Assembly: GCA_018673485.1 (NCBI GenBank)
Contig: JABHCP010000015.1
Span: 25,529 to 89,528 of the forward strand
From: Candidatus Uhrbacteria bacterium
Lineage (GTDB): Bacteria > Patescibacteriota > Patescibacteriia > UBA9934
Reading direction: 5' to 3'
Length of the DNA stretch: 64,000 bases
Below, one piece after another: positions 7,667 through 16,056 of this stretch (position 1 is its first letter; each line of letters starts with the position of its first letter). A model generated the notes under the pieces. The model was given only the letters and a program-made list of their open reading frames with translations, was not told where the DNA came from and ran no database searches. A program made the position numbers and the translations under genes.

Positions 7667-10331
7667 CGCTGTGCCAGTTACGCTTGCAAGCTCTACAATA
7701 AATTCAAATGTTCAATGGACGAACATGACTACTCTTTCCATTGATGCTAGTTCAACTATTAATGCAAATGAAAGAGGTTGTGTAAGTGCTGGGACTTATA
7801 ATGGTTATGGTCCAGATGGATCAAATGTTTGTACACTAAGCACAGCTGGATATGGTGCCGGTTTTAACGCTACTAGTAAAGGAGTCGAAGGTGCTGGTCA
7901 TGGAGGAACCGGTGGTGCCGGATCGACTACAAGCGGGGCTGGAGCTACTTATGGATCTAATACAGCACCTGTATTACTTGGATCTTCTGGAGGAAATGTA
8001 ACTGCAGCGGCATTGGGAGGTTCTGGAGGAGGACTTGTTAGGTTGGATGTTTCGGGAAGTTTCACACACAATGGATCTATTACGGCAGATGGTGGGGATG
8101 GTGGCGTGGTTGATACTGGTGATAAGGCTGCAGGTGGAGGATCTGGAGGATCTATTTATGTAACGGCTGGTTCAGTTATCGAAGGTGGTGGCGCAACAGG
8201 AACATTTTCTGCAGATGGTGGTGCTGGTGCTAATGACAATGTCACAGATGGAGGTGGAGGTGGAGGAGGACGTGTTCGTGTAGGATATGGAGCGGATGCA
8301 GACTCTCTCGTAGCTGGACTCTCGGCAGGTGGCGTGGCGGCTGGTGGTGCAGCTACAGGCACAGCAGTAGCAGGTTCAACGGGAACCCTTTCAACCGCTG
8401 ATATATACGGCCCATCAATCTCAACAGCCGTAACAAATGACGCAGACGCAGACGGTCAGATAGATACTATTGTCCTAACACTCTCAGAAGACGTAACAGG
8501 CGGCACAGTCGCCGGTGCTGACTTTACATTGTCAGATAGTTATACGGTGGCCTCAGCCTCGCGTACGGCAGATTCACAAATTACAATTGTTGTTACAGAA
8601 AAGAGCAACGATGGTGACACAGAAGTCGTTCCAACAGTAACCATCGCCGGCTCTATTGACGACACTTCAGCAAACTCAACAACGTCAGGCTCAAAAGCAT
8701 CAACAGACGGAGCTAAGCCTCGCATTAGTGCAATCAAGTACAGAGACCAAGATGCCGATGGAAAGATAGATGTGGTTACATTAAACTTTTCAGAATCCCT
8801 TGACGCAGCGTCAAGCATATCTCAAAATGATCTACTCGTTTATGCTGTAGGAGATTTCACAGGAGCGGCGTTTAATAGTGAAACAAATGATCTCTTCATG
8901 TCTCCAGACTGGACCATTCAGATTCCTTTGGCTACCGAAGCGACCGTGGTAGATACTAAGGATGATTCCGGCACCTTCGAGATTCGTCCACAAAAGTCTT
9001 TCTCAATCACAGACGGAACAAATACAAACACAGACACAGGTGAGCTTACACACATCTCTCCTGGAAGCTATGGAGACGAGGCCCAGCCTGTTATTACCTC
9101 GATAGCACCAGCTGACGCCGAGACAAGTGTTTCGGCCTCAGAAGATATCGTTGTAGTATTTTCAGAAGCAATGAATACAGGCTCAACTACCTATACAATT
9201 ACAGCTGACCCTGGCGGAGCATCTGAAGCATGGACAGTGAGTGATACAACTCTTACTATTTCTCATGACCAATTCCAGGGTTCCACTGATTACATTTTTG
9301 AAGTAACAGCAGCACCCGACGTCGCAGCGAATGCTCTTGCAGGTACAGTCTCTGGAGTAACCAACCCCGCAACATTCTCCATAGCGTCCGCTGGAGGAGT
9401 ATCTGTCTCTTCATCTGCCCCAGACCCATCCATTGGTTCAGGCTCAGAGGACAATCCAGTAGATTCAATCTCAGAGTCCTCAAGTGCATCTGGAACATGC
9501 GAAGAAGGTTTCAACCCTGGAGAGAACATCGCCCTTGCATGGGCTTCAAACTCAAGCGTGAATCTCGTCAACTTATACTATTCGACAGACGATGGAGATT
9601 CTTACACGCTCATTGAAGGTCCAATAACCAACACAGAAAACTACACTTGGACAATCCCAACAGACATCGTAGGCTCAACATTGCAGTTTAAGATAGAAGG
9701 AACGGACTTAGCTGAGATCACTGCCACCTTCGAGACCGAGAGTTGCGCCCTCAACGGTGCGGACGACGGCACAGAGGATGATACGATCGAAGACCCAACC
9801 TCAGAGGTCACAGAGCCAACCACAGGCGAGCAAGGCTATTCACCAGTGACAGGAGAAGTCGAGGACATCTCAGTGACAGAGGTAGGAGATTACATCCGAT
9901 CATCTTACTTCAGCACTGTCTACTATCTCGACACTGACACAGAAACAAACGAGATAGTTCGACGTCCTTTCATGGACGCACAGACATTCTTTACATACCA
10001 AGATAATTTCGACAACGTAAAGACGGTTACGGATGCAACACTTACAACAATAACTCTAGGATATCCAATGCTACCCAATCCAGGAGTTGTACTCATTAAG
10101 ATCCAATCTGACCCTAAGGTATATGCAATAGACTCAGACGGAACCACTATCCGCTGGATAGCCTCAGAAGAGGTCGCAAACACACTCTACGGCGATGATT
10201 GGAGCCAATACATCATAGACATCGAAGCAACGTTCTTCCCGAGGTTTACGCAAGGAGGTGATGTTGACGAAGCCGATGATATCGATCTTATGGATAGGGT
10301 GATGAAGAGGAGAAGCGAGCTTTCACAATAA
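7620..10331 (+). CDS. glycine-rich surface protein, continuation; carries a second copy of the Gly-rich module and a C-terminal ~110 aa domain shared with two other secreted proteins in the window
   Basis: overlaps previous ORF by 47 nt in another frame; module 7776-8282 ~90% nt identical to 6757-7262; C-terminus STVYY...KIQSDPKVYAI...FFPRF. Confidence 0.6.
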   Translation: MLQLQGESPDIWTMNDAVPVTLASSTINSNVQWTNMTTLSIDASSTINANERGCVSAGTYNGYGPDGSNVCTLSTAGYGAGFNATSKGVEGAGHGGTGGAGSTTSGAGATYGSNTAPVLLGSSGGNVTAAALGGSGGGLVRLDVSGSFTHNGSITADGGDGGVVDTGDKAAGGGSGGSIYVTAGSVIEGGGATGTFSADGGAGANDNVTDGGGGGGGRVRVGYGADADSLVAGLSAGGVAAGGAATGTAVAGSTGTLSTADIYGPSISTAVTNDADADGQIDTIVLTLSEDVTGGTVAGADFTLSDSYTVASASRTADSQITIVVTEKSNDGDTEVVPTVTIAGSIDDTSANSTTSGSKASTDGAKPRISAIKYRDQDADGKIDVVTLNFSESLDAASSISQNDLLVYAVGDFTGAAFNSETNDLFMSPDWTIQIPLATEATVVDTKDDSGTFEIRPQKSFSITDGTNTNTDTGELTHISPGSYGDEAQPVITSIAPADAETSVSASEDIVVVFSEAMNTGSTTYTITADPGGASEAWTVSDTTLTISHDQFQGSTDYIFEVTAAPDVAANALAGTVSGVTNPATFSIASAGGVSVSSSAPDPSIGSGSEDNPVDSISESSSASGTCEEGFNPGENIALAWASNSSVNLVNLYYSTDDGDSYTLIEGPITNTENYTWTIPTDIVGSTLQFKIEGTDLAEITATFETESCALNGADDGTEDDTIEDPTSEVTEPTTGEQGYSPVTGEVEDISVTEVGDYIRSSYFSTVYYLDTDTETNEIVRRPFMDAQTFFTYQDNFDNVKTVTDATLTTITLGYPMLPNPGVVLIKIQSDPKVYAIDSDGTTIRWIASEEVANTLYGDDWSQYIIDIEATFFPRFTQGGDVDEADDIDLMDRVMKRRSELSQ

Positions 10332-10338
10332 GATAAAA

Positions 10339-10372
10339 CAAAAAACTCAGTTCGATTGAACTGAGTTTTTTT
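10339..10372. terminator. bidirectional intrinsic terminator (A-run, hairpin, T-run)
   Basis: AAAAAACTCAGTTCGATTGAACTGAGTTTTTTT. Confidence 0.7.
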
Positions 10373-10378
10373 ATTGAA

Positions 10379-10537
10379 CTATTCTACTGTTGGAGTGTCC
10401 TCTCCTACAACAGGTACCTCTGGAGTCTCAGGTTCAGTTGTAGAATCAGTAGCTGGGTCCATTTCTTGCTTCTCATCACCACAGCAAGATCCGCTATCAT
10501 CGCAGCACTTGCCGAAAAGTTTGTTAAACCATGACAT
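10379..10537 (-). CDS. candidate small Cys-rich protein (52 aa), below the ORF-track size cutoff
   Basis: AGGAGG Shine-Dalgarno ~14 nt upstream of ATG at 10537; translation MSWFNKLFGKCCDDSGSCCGDEKQEMDPATDSTTEPETPEVPVVGEDTPTVE; ends at the bidirectional terminator. Confidence 0.3.
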   Translation of the reverse strand: MSWFNKLFGKCCDDSGSCCGDEKQEMDPATDSTTEPETPEVPVVGEDTPTVE

Positions 10538-10655
10538 ATATAAAAACGTAAAGAATAATGTTCCTCCTAACTTCAGCTTACCTTGGTGGTACTAAGGCGT
10601 CAAAGTAGTTATCCATAGGGTTGATTAAAACACATTTTTTGGCTAGTATAAGCCC

Positions 10656-11402
10656 ATGCACAAGCCAAAGATAATAGTTATAGTTGGACCAACAGCAAGC
10701 GGGAAGACCTCGCTCTCAATTTCGGTCGCAAAGCAGTTTAATGGTGAGATTATCTCAGCAGACTCACGAGCCATATATCGAGGCATGGGAATTGGAACAG
10801 CGAAGCCGGGGAGGGACAGTATGCAGAATGCAGAAGGCAGTAGGCAGTATCTCGTTGAAGGGATCGTTCATCACGGATTTGATATTGTTAATCCTGATGA
10901 GCATTTTCAAGCATTTGATTTTAAGGAGTTTGCAGAGATGAAGATTGAAGAGATTATATCGAGAGGTAAGTTGCCGATCATTGCTGGAGGGACTGGATTG
11001 TATGTTTCTGGGCTTGTTGATAATTTTGACTTCGATGGTGGTACAGCGGGGGAACCAAAGTTTGATGCTTTGCAGATTGGTATAACTAGAGAGCGCGAAG
11101 TTCTCTACAGTCGTATAAACAAACGAATTGATGAAATGGTTGATGAAGGTTTGGTTGACGAGGTTCGAAAGCTCAATGATGAATATGGCTGCGAGATTAA
11201 ATCAATGACCGGAATCGGCTATCGGCAGATCTGTGAATATTTAAATGGTAAAGTTTCGCTCGATGAAGCAGTTGAAAATCACAAACGCGATTCACGTCAC
11301 TACGCAAAACGCCAAATGACCTGGTTCAAACGCGACAAGCGAATTCATTGGATCGAAAAGCCTGAGGAGGCGATCGAATTGATCGAAAAGTTTCTTAAAT
11401 AA
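10656..11402 (+). CDS. miaA: tRNA dimethylallyltransferase
   Basis: P-loop GPTASGKT, ISADSRAIYRGMGIGTAKP motif. Confidence 0.9.
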   Translation: MHKPKIIVIVGPTASGKTSLSISVAKQFNGEIISADSRAIYRGMGIGTAKPGRDSMQNAEGSRQYLVEGIVHHGFDIVNPDEHFQAFDFKEFAEMKIEEIISRGKLPIIAGGTGLYVSGLVDNFDFDGGTAGEPKFDALQIGITREREVLYSRINKRIDEMVDEGLVDEVRKLNDEYGCEIKSMTGIGYRQICEYLNGKVSLDEAVENHKRDSRHYAKRQMTWFKRDKRIHWIEKPEEAIELIEKFLK

Positions 11403-11500
11403 AAAACAGCCCGTCACACATTCCATCCCGAACGCAGTGAGGGATCTTCTAGAAGATATCTCGTGCACTCGATATGGTGGGTGAAGAGGGCTGATTTTTT
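11403..11500 (+). ncRNA. structured element A: ~95 nt candidate small RNA / elaborate terminator, homologous to element B at 20633-20740
   Basis: closing helix CAGCCC/GGGCTG followed by T6; internal CCATCCCGAACG block; palindromic GGGATCTTCTAGAAGATATCTC; ATGGTGGG block; shared blocks with element B. Confidence 0.3.
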
Positions 11501-11534
11501 ATTCTGCGTACTGCGAACTGAGCACTGCGTACTA

Positions 11535-13064
11535 TTACTTCAATTTATCTTTCAAAACTTTTGCGCTTGTGGCGGGGTCGGCGTTGCCTTTTGTGATTTT
11601 CATGATTTGTCCGAGGAAGAATTGCATTAGTTTTTGTTCTCCGTTTCGGAATCGTTCAGCCTCGGCTGGGTTCTCTTCGATTACTGTATCGACGATTGAT
11701 AGCAATGCGTCCATGTCGTCCATGCGTGATGCCCCAAGATCCTCTACGACGTGTTCTGGGTCAGCTCCTGAGTCGAGCATCGCACCGAGCACCTCAAGCC
11801 CTTTAGTTCCAGTAACCTTGCCCTCGGCAAGCATTACGATGAATTCAGCAAAGTTTTCAGTAGTTACTTTCATTGTACGAATATCGATCTTTCGTTCAGT
11901 TAAAAGCCCCATGAGCTTGTTGAGCAACCAACTAGAAAATAGCTTATTGAGCTTCTTTCGATGTTCAAGGACATTGTCTTCGTTAACATCTTCACGTGAT
12001 TGCAACCACGACGCAAGCTCACTCATGGCGTTTTCTGTGTAGTCAGCAAGTGCTGGATCATCGATCATCTGCTTAATGTCTTCTTTTTTGAAGCCATACT
12101 CTGTTGCAAAGCGCTTTTTGCGATCCCATGGAAGTTCAGGAATGGTCCGCCTAATCTCCTCAGTCATTTCGGTCAGATCAAGTGGTGGTATATCTGGCTC
12201 GGGGAAGTATCGGTAGTCAGCAAAGCCCTCTTTTATTCGTTGTTCGTAGGTCATCTGCTTCACATCATTCCAACCACGAGTTGTGGTTTGTGATGGTGGA
12301 GTTCCCATTTTCCAAAGTTTAGTTTGACGTTGAATTTCGTGTTCAATAACGCGACCAATTGCTTTAAATGAGTTTACGTTTTTGATTTCAGTTTTAGGAT
12401 GCAGTATGTCGTCAAGCGGCTCGCCGTTATCATCAACCTCGCGCATCGAAATGTTTACGTCGCATCTAAGCTGACCTTTTTCCATATCACCATTGGAAAC
12501 TTGCAGACTTCTTACAAGAAGACGTATCTCTTGGGTGTATGCCTTTGCTTCCTCAGCGCTGTGAATGTCGGGTCGAGTTACGATTTCGCATAGCGGAGTT
12601 CCACCGCGATTAAAGTCGACATATGTTTTTCCGTCATCGCCGTGAATGTTCTTGGCGGCGTCTTCTTCTAAGTGAAGTCTTTCAAGCCGTACAATGCTTG
12701 ATCCTTCTCGCCCTGGTATTTCAATTTCAACCTCACCATTTTCCATGACAGGCAGGTCGAACTGAGAAATCTGATAAGCCTTGGGAAGGTCAGGGTAGAA
12801 ATAGTTTTTGCGATCAAATTTAGATCGTGTTGCAATTGTTCCGCGAAGTGCTAGTCCAACAAGGATGGCCCACCTTACAGCTTGTTCATTTGGCACAGGC
12901 AAAACTCCTGGGTGACCTAGGCAAACCGGACACACGTGCGTGTTTGGTGCTTCATCTTGGCCACGCGCTGAACAAGCACAAAACATCTTTGTGTTTGTTT
13001 TTAATTGTACGTGAGTTTCTAGTCCAATTACTGGTTGTAAGTTCATACGAGGCGATATTATCAC
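11535..13064 (-). CDS. gatB: Asp/Glu-tRNA(Asn/Gln) amidotransferase subunit B
   Basis: N-terminal PVIGLETHVQLKTNTKMFCACS typical GatB; 509 aa. Confidence 0.93.
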   Translation of the reverse strand: MIISPRMNLQPVIGLETHVQLKTNTKMFCACSARGQDEAPNTHVCPVCLGHPGVLPVPNEQAVRWAILVGLALRGTIATRSKFDRKNYFYPDLPKAYQISQFDLPVMENGEVEIEIPGREGSSIVRLERLHLEEDAAKNIHGDDGKTYVDFNRGGTPLCEIVTRPDIHSAEEAKAYTQEIRLLVRSLQVSNGDMEKGQLRCDVNISMREVDDNGEPLDDILHPKTEIKNVNSFKAIGRVIEHEIQRQTKLWKMGTPPSQTTTRGWNDVKQMTYEQRIKEGFADYRYFPEPDIPPLDLTEMTEEIRRTIPELPWDRKKRFATEYGFKKEDIKQMIDDPALADYTENAMSELASWLQSREDVNEDNVLEHRKKLNKLFSSWLLNKLMGLLTERKIDIRTMKVTTENFAEFIVMLAEGKVTGTKGLEVLGAMLDSGADPEHVVEDLGASRMDDMDALLSIVDTVIEENPAEAERFRNGEQKLMQFFLGQIMKITKGNADPATSAKVLKDKLK

Positions 13065-13080
13065 ATAGGAGCATCAGCGT

Positions 13081-13824
13081 CTATGATCGTGTTTCTTTGG
13101 CATTTTTGTAAAAAGTAACACCAAAAATTATGAATACTGGAATGAAGAATACATCAATTACGCGAAGCATAATTTGTTCCATTAGAGTTGCTGGATTGCT
13201 TATGAGAGCATCTACGCTTCCCCCGCTTAGCATTAATAGTAGTCCTGCGATGATAAGCATCGCTGCAGCGTATGGTATGAAAATTATTATATTACCCGCA
13301 AAGAGCCTGCCTAGTATCTTCCAGAATCGTCCCTTCACAAGCTCAAAACTCGCCCGTATCGCTTCTTTGATACTTTTCCGCTCTAGTACTAGTATCACCG
13401 ATGAAAAAGTGGCATAGACAGTAAATGCAACACCAGGGACAATCAGCAGTAAGAGTCCTAGTCCCGTGATTATCGAAAGTATTATGCTAAGTAGTAGTAG
13501 GGATACAGACACACCCCACGAATACGAGCTAATTTTACGAGCATCAATTCGTTTATTTGCTTGCACTAGCGCGGTGACTTGGATGATGGATGCCATTACC
13601 CAAATCACCATCAATAGATCAAGCGTCAGAACTACCGTTGTTATAATGTCTGCATAATCTGAGCCAAAGGTTATGGTCAGCAGCACATTGATTATCATCG
13701 GAATTAATAGCCAGGCACTGTAGCCAATAAAAAGACCTACATGGGAACGATATAGTTCCCATGTGGTTTTGACTAATTCAATAATAGATTTCATGTTCTT
13801 ATTTTGTTTTGAGGAGATTGTCAT
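13081..13824 (-). CDS. polytopic membrane protein, uncharacterised family (tandem paralogue 1)
   Basis: multiple TM helices; shares LVKGRFWKILGRLFAGNIIIF-type block with the next gene. Confidence 0.5.
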   Translation of the reverse strand: MTISSKQNKNMKSIIELVKTTWELYRSHVGLFIGYSAWLLIPMIINVLLTITFGSDYADIITTVVLTLDLLMVIWVMASIIQVTALVQANKRIDARKISSYSWGVSVSLLLLSIILSIITGLGLLLLIVPGVAFTVYATFSSVILVLERKSIKEAIRASFELVKGRFWKILGRLFAGNIIIFIPYAAAMLIIAGLLLMLSGGSVDALISNPATLMEQIMLRVIDVFFIPVFIIFGVTFYKNAKETRS

Positions 13825-14683
13825 AGATTATGTAATCAACAATGACAAATATCGGAGTAGATAGCACTAATACGCCGGTTCCCAAAAATAGTGAAAAGAT
13901 TGCGCTGGCCGCTTCCTGAGTTTCGCTTAGCGGGAAGAATGCATACTCGATGCCCAAAATTATCAAAGCGATAATGACATGCAAAAGAGCTACCCCAATG
14001 CCAAATACTATTTTTGATATGAGCAGTCTCCAGAGTGTTGCCCAGAATCGCCCAGTAACTAATTGGTACGATCCCTTCACAGCTGACATCCCTTTCTTTT
14101 CAGCGATCAGTCTTTCAAAGGCTGAGAATCCCAATTTTATCCCAAGTAAGATTAGTAGAACCAGAGCCGCCACAACGCCAATGAGCATGGTTAGGTTGCT
14201 AAATGCCCCCCAAAAGCTTCCGCCGTTGTAATAAATGTTTGTAAAAATTAAGATCATTCCGGGAACAAGTAATAGTAGGGGAAGTGCGGTAAGTACTGAC
14301 TTCAAGATCGCCACCCAAAAGTATGAGAAAAAGTTCGTCCAACCGTATTTGCGCAATGCCTTGAGTGAAGTTGGCTTTTTCTTATCTTGAGATTCGACTG
14401 CTTTAACTAAGTTTATATAAATCCAAATTGTTAAAACAGGTACGGCAATTAATGAAATTAGTACCCCAAGAATTAAGCCGATAACCAGCATTGCATCACC
14501 TTGGCCATTGAATAGAGAGGCGAGTGACATGATTTCACCACTCGGGACAATCAAGATTCGTAGCAAGACGAGTACAGGAATGATGAGTGCCCATAGTGAG
14601 ATTTTCATCAGTGGCTTAAAAAATGCGCTGTAGTGATCCCAGCTTCGGTCAATGATCTGTCCGATTGAAATTAGTTTACCCAT
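13799..14683 (-). CDS. polytopic membrane protein, uncharacterised family (tandem paralogue 2)
   Basis: LVTGRFWATLWRLLISKIVFG block similar to paralogue 1; 294 aa. Confidence 0.5.
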   Translation of the reverse strand: MGKLISIGQIIDRSWDHYSAFFKPLMKISLWALIIPVLVLLRILIVPSGEIMSLASLFNGQGDAMLVIGLILGVLISLIAVPVLTIWIYINLVKAVESQDKKKPTSLKALRKYGWTNFFSYFWVAILKSVLTALPLLLLVPGMILIFTNIYYNGGSFWGAFSNLTMLIGVVAALVLLILLGIKLGFSAFERLIAEKKGMSAVKGSYQLVTGRFWATLWRLLISKIVFGIGVALLHVIIALIILGIEYAFFPLSETQEAASAIFSLFLGTGVLVLSTPIFVIVDYIIYDNLLKTK

Positions 14684-15422
14684 AGTTTTTGTTTAAAATC
14701 GAAGTTATTATTTTTGTAATATGTTCTTCCATCTGTGCCTTTGGTTGATCGGTGCTAAAGTCATGCACACAGGTTCCGCGGGAAGTGAAGAGTTGTGAGA
14801 ACCATTCTGAGCGGAAGCGTTGATCAACTTTTTTTAGATAGTCGATATTCTCAAACACACCTTTTGAATCATCGTCTCTGGTGTCGAGTCTAGTCTGCAG
14901 TTTTTCAGGATCAATGTGCGTAAGGATCAGGTGGTCAGGTGGGTAGGTGAGCGCTAGGGCGTTTCCTGGTAGCGCTATTAGATCTTCAAGCGATGGTGCT
15001 TCTTTCATAATCGGCTGGTAGACGATCGAGGACGATACTGATCTGTCTTGGATGATGATTTTACCAGCGGCAAGCGCTGGAGCGATAAGACGTACGTATT
15101 GAATGTGTCGATCGAGCGAGAACGCTTGCGCGACAATATCACCGCTAGCACCGGAATAGGAAAGTTCGTGCCGTATCGCTGCACCTACCCAATACTTCGT
15201 TGGTTCAAATGTGAAATAAACGTCGTAGTCTGCAATGTCTTTGAATTTTGGTGGTTTATCATTCTCCCGCGTCCAATCATTCAAATCAAATATTTTCAAC
15301 CCTTTTTCTTCTAGTTTGGCTTTTATAGCGCGAATAAGCGTGGATTTTCCACTACCTGCCACTCCATCGATTACTATAAATTGACCAGTGTCATTGCGCA
15401 TAAAGTATTTACAGTATAGCAA
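14676..15422 (-). CDS. thymidylate-kinase-family (d)NMP kinase
   Basis: P-loop FIVIDGVAGSGKSTL, FTFEPT and IIQDRSVSSS (DRx) blocks resembling Tmk. Confidence 0.6.
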   Translation of the reverse strand: MLYCKYFMRNDTGQFIVIDGVAGSGKSTLIRAIKAKLEEKGLKIFDLNDWTRENDKPPKFKDIADYDVYFTFEPTKYWVGAAIRHELSYSGASGDIVAQAFSLDRHIQYVRLIAPALAAGKIIIQDRSVSSSIVYQPIMKEAPSLEDLIALPGNALALTYPPDHLILTHIDPEKLQTRLDTRDDDSKGVFENIDYLKKVDQRFRSEWFSQLFTSRGTCVHDFSTDQPKAQMEEHITKIITSILNKNYG

Positions 15423-15460
15423 AACAACGCTCCTTTCAGAACGTTGCTTGTTAATGAAAA

Positions 15461-15892
15461 TTATTGTCCAGTTGTACCGAATCCACCACGATCTTTTGCG
15501 ATCATTTCATCGACCTCCTGGAACTCTGGACGGGTAACAGGAGTGAATAGCCCTTGAGCGACTCGATCTCCTGCTTTTAGCTCGATAGGCTCATCGGTTA
15601 TATTTTTAACGAGCAATGCCAACTCATCATTCGGGCCACAATAATCAGAGTCGATTACGCCAACACTGTTTGCTAAGTCGATCCCTTTTTTAAACGGGTT
15701 GGACGATCGTGAAATGATTAAGAGAGCGTGATCATCCGGGACATTGATTACCAATCCAGTTCTGATTTTTGTTATTGATCGAGCCTCAATCATCGCATCT
15801 TCCACGATCGCAATATCAAAGGCGGCAGCACCAGAAGTTTTGTATTCCGGGATCTGGGCCAATGGATGGTTTCGTTTGAATTCTATTTTCAT
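15461..15892 (-). CDS. dut: trimeric dUTPase-family nucleotide pyrophosphatase (dUTPase or dCTPase/dUTPase)
   Basis: motif 3 GVIDSDYCG (Arg replaced by Cys) and C-terminal motif 5 RGGFGTTG; start taken at internal MKIEFK. Confidence 0.75.
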   Translation of the reverse strand: MKIEFKRNHPLAQIPEYKTSGAAAFDIAIVEDAMIEARSITKIRTGLVINVPDDHALLIISRSSNPFKKGIDLANSVGVIDSDYCGPNDELALLVKNITDEPIELKAGDRVAQGLFTPVTRPEFQEVDEMIAKDRGGFGTTGQ

Positions 15893-15949
15893 ATGAGGCC
15901 ATGTTATCAGAGGGGTTGAGTAGAGTGAAGGGATAAAGGGGATGAATTC

Positions 15950-15990
15950 AAAGCCTGACTTTACAAAGCCAGGCTTTGTCTCATTTTTTT
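15950..15990 (+). terminator. terminator-like hairpin plus T-run in the thyA-like 5' region (copy 2 of the AAAGCCTG...CAGGCTTT family)
   Basis: AAAGCCTG-ACTTTACAAAGC-CAGGCTTT followed by GTCTCATTTTTTT; ~65 nt upstream of the 16057 start. Confidence 0.35.
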
Positions 15991-16056
15991 GCGAACTTAG
16001 ACTAGATGTCCACACCTTGCTCTTGAGCACTTTTCTAGTTCTGTTAAAGTCGGAGT

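Noticed and set aside
10374-10595. Plus-strand 73-aa ORF after the Gly-rich protein
   Set aside because: Starts inside the terminator T-run and has Ser/Thr/Gly low-complexity composition. The minus-strand 52-aa Cys-rich ORF with an AGGAGG SD is the better candidate for this interval.
10684-10941. 85-aa ORF in an alternative frame inside miaA
   Set aside because: Same strand, fully embedded in a confidently identified gene, Arg/Ser-rich.
11403-11500. Possible 5S rRNA gene (CCGAAC loop-C-like and GATGGT loop-E-like blocks, closing helix)
   Set aside because: Only ~90 nt long. The helix II/III order is wrong for 5S (the GGGATCTTCT/AGAAGATATCTC hairpin is local and does not enclose the CCGAAC region). 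A homologous copy exists at 20633-20740 in a non-rRNA context. Treated as a novel structured element instead.
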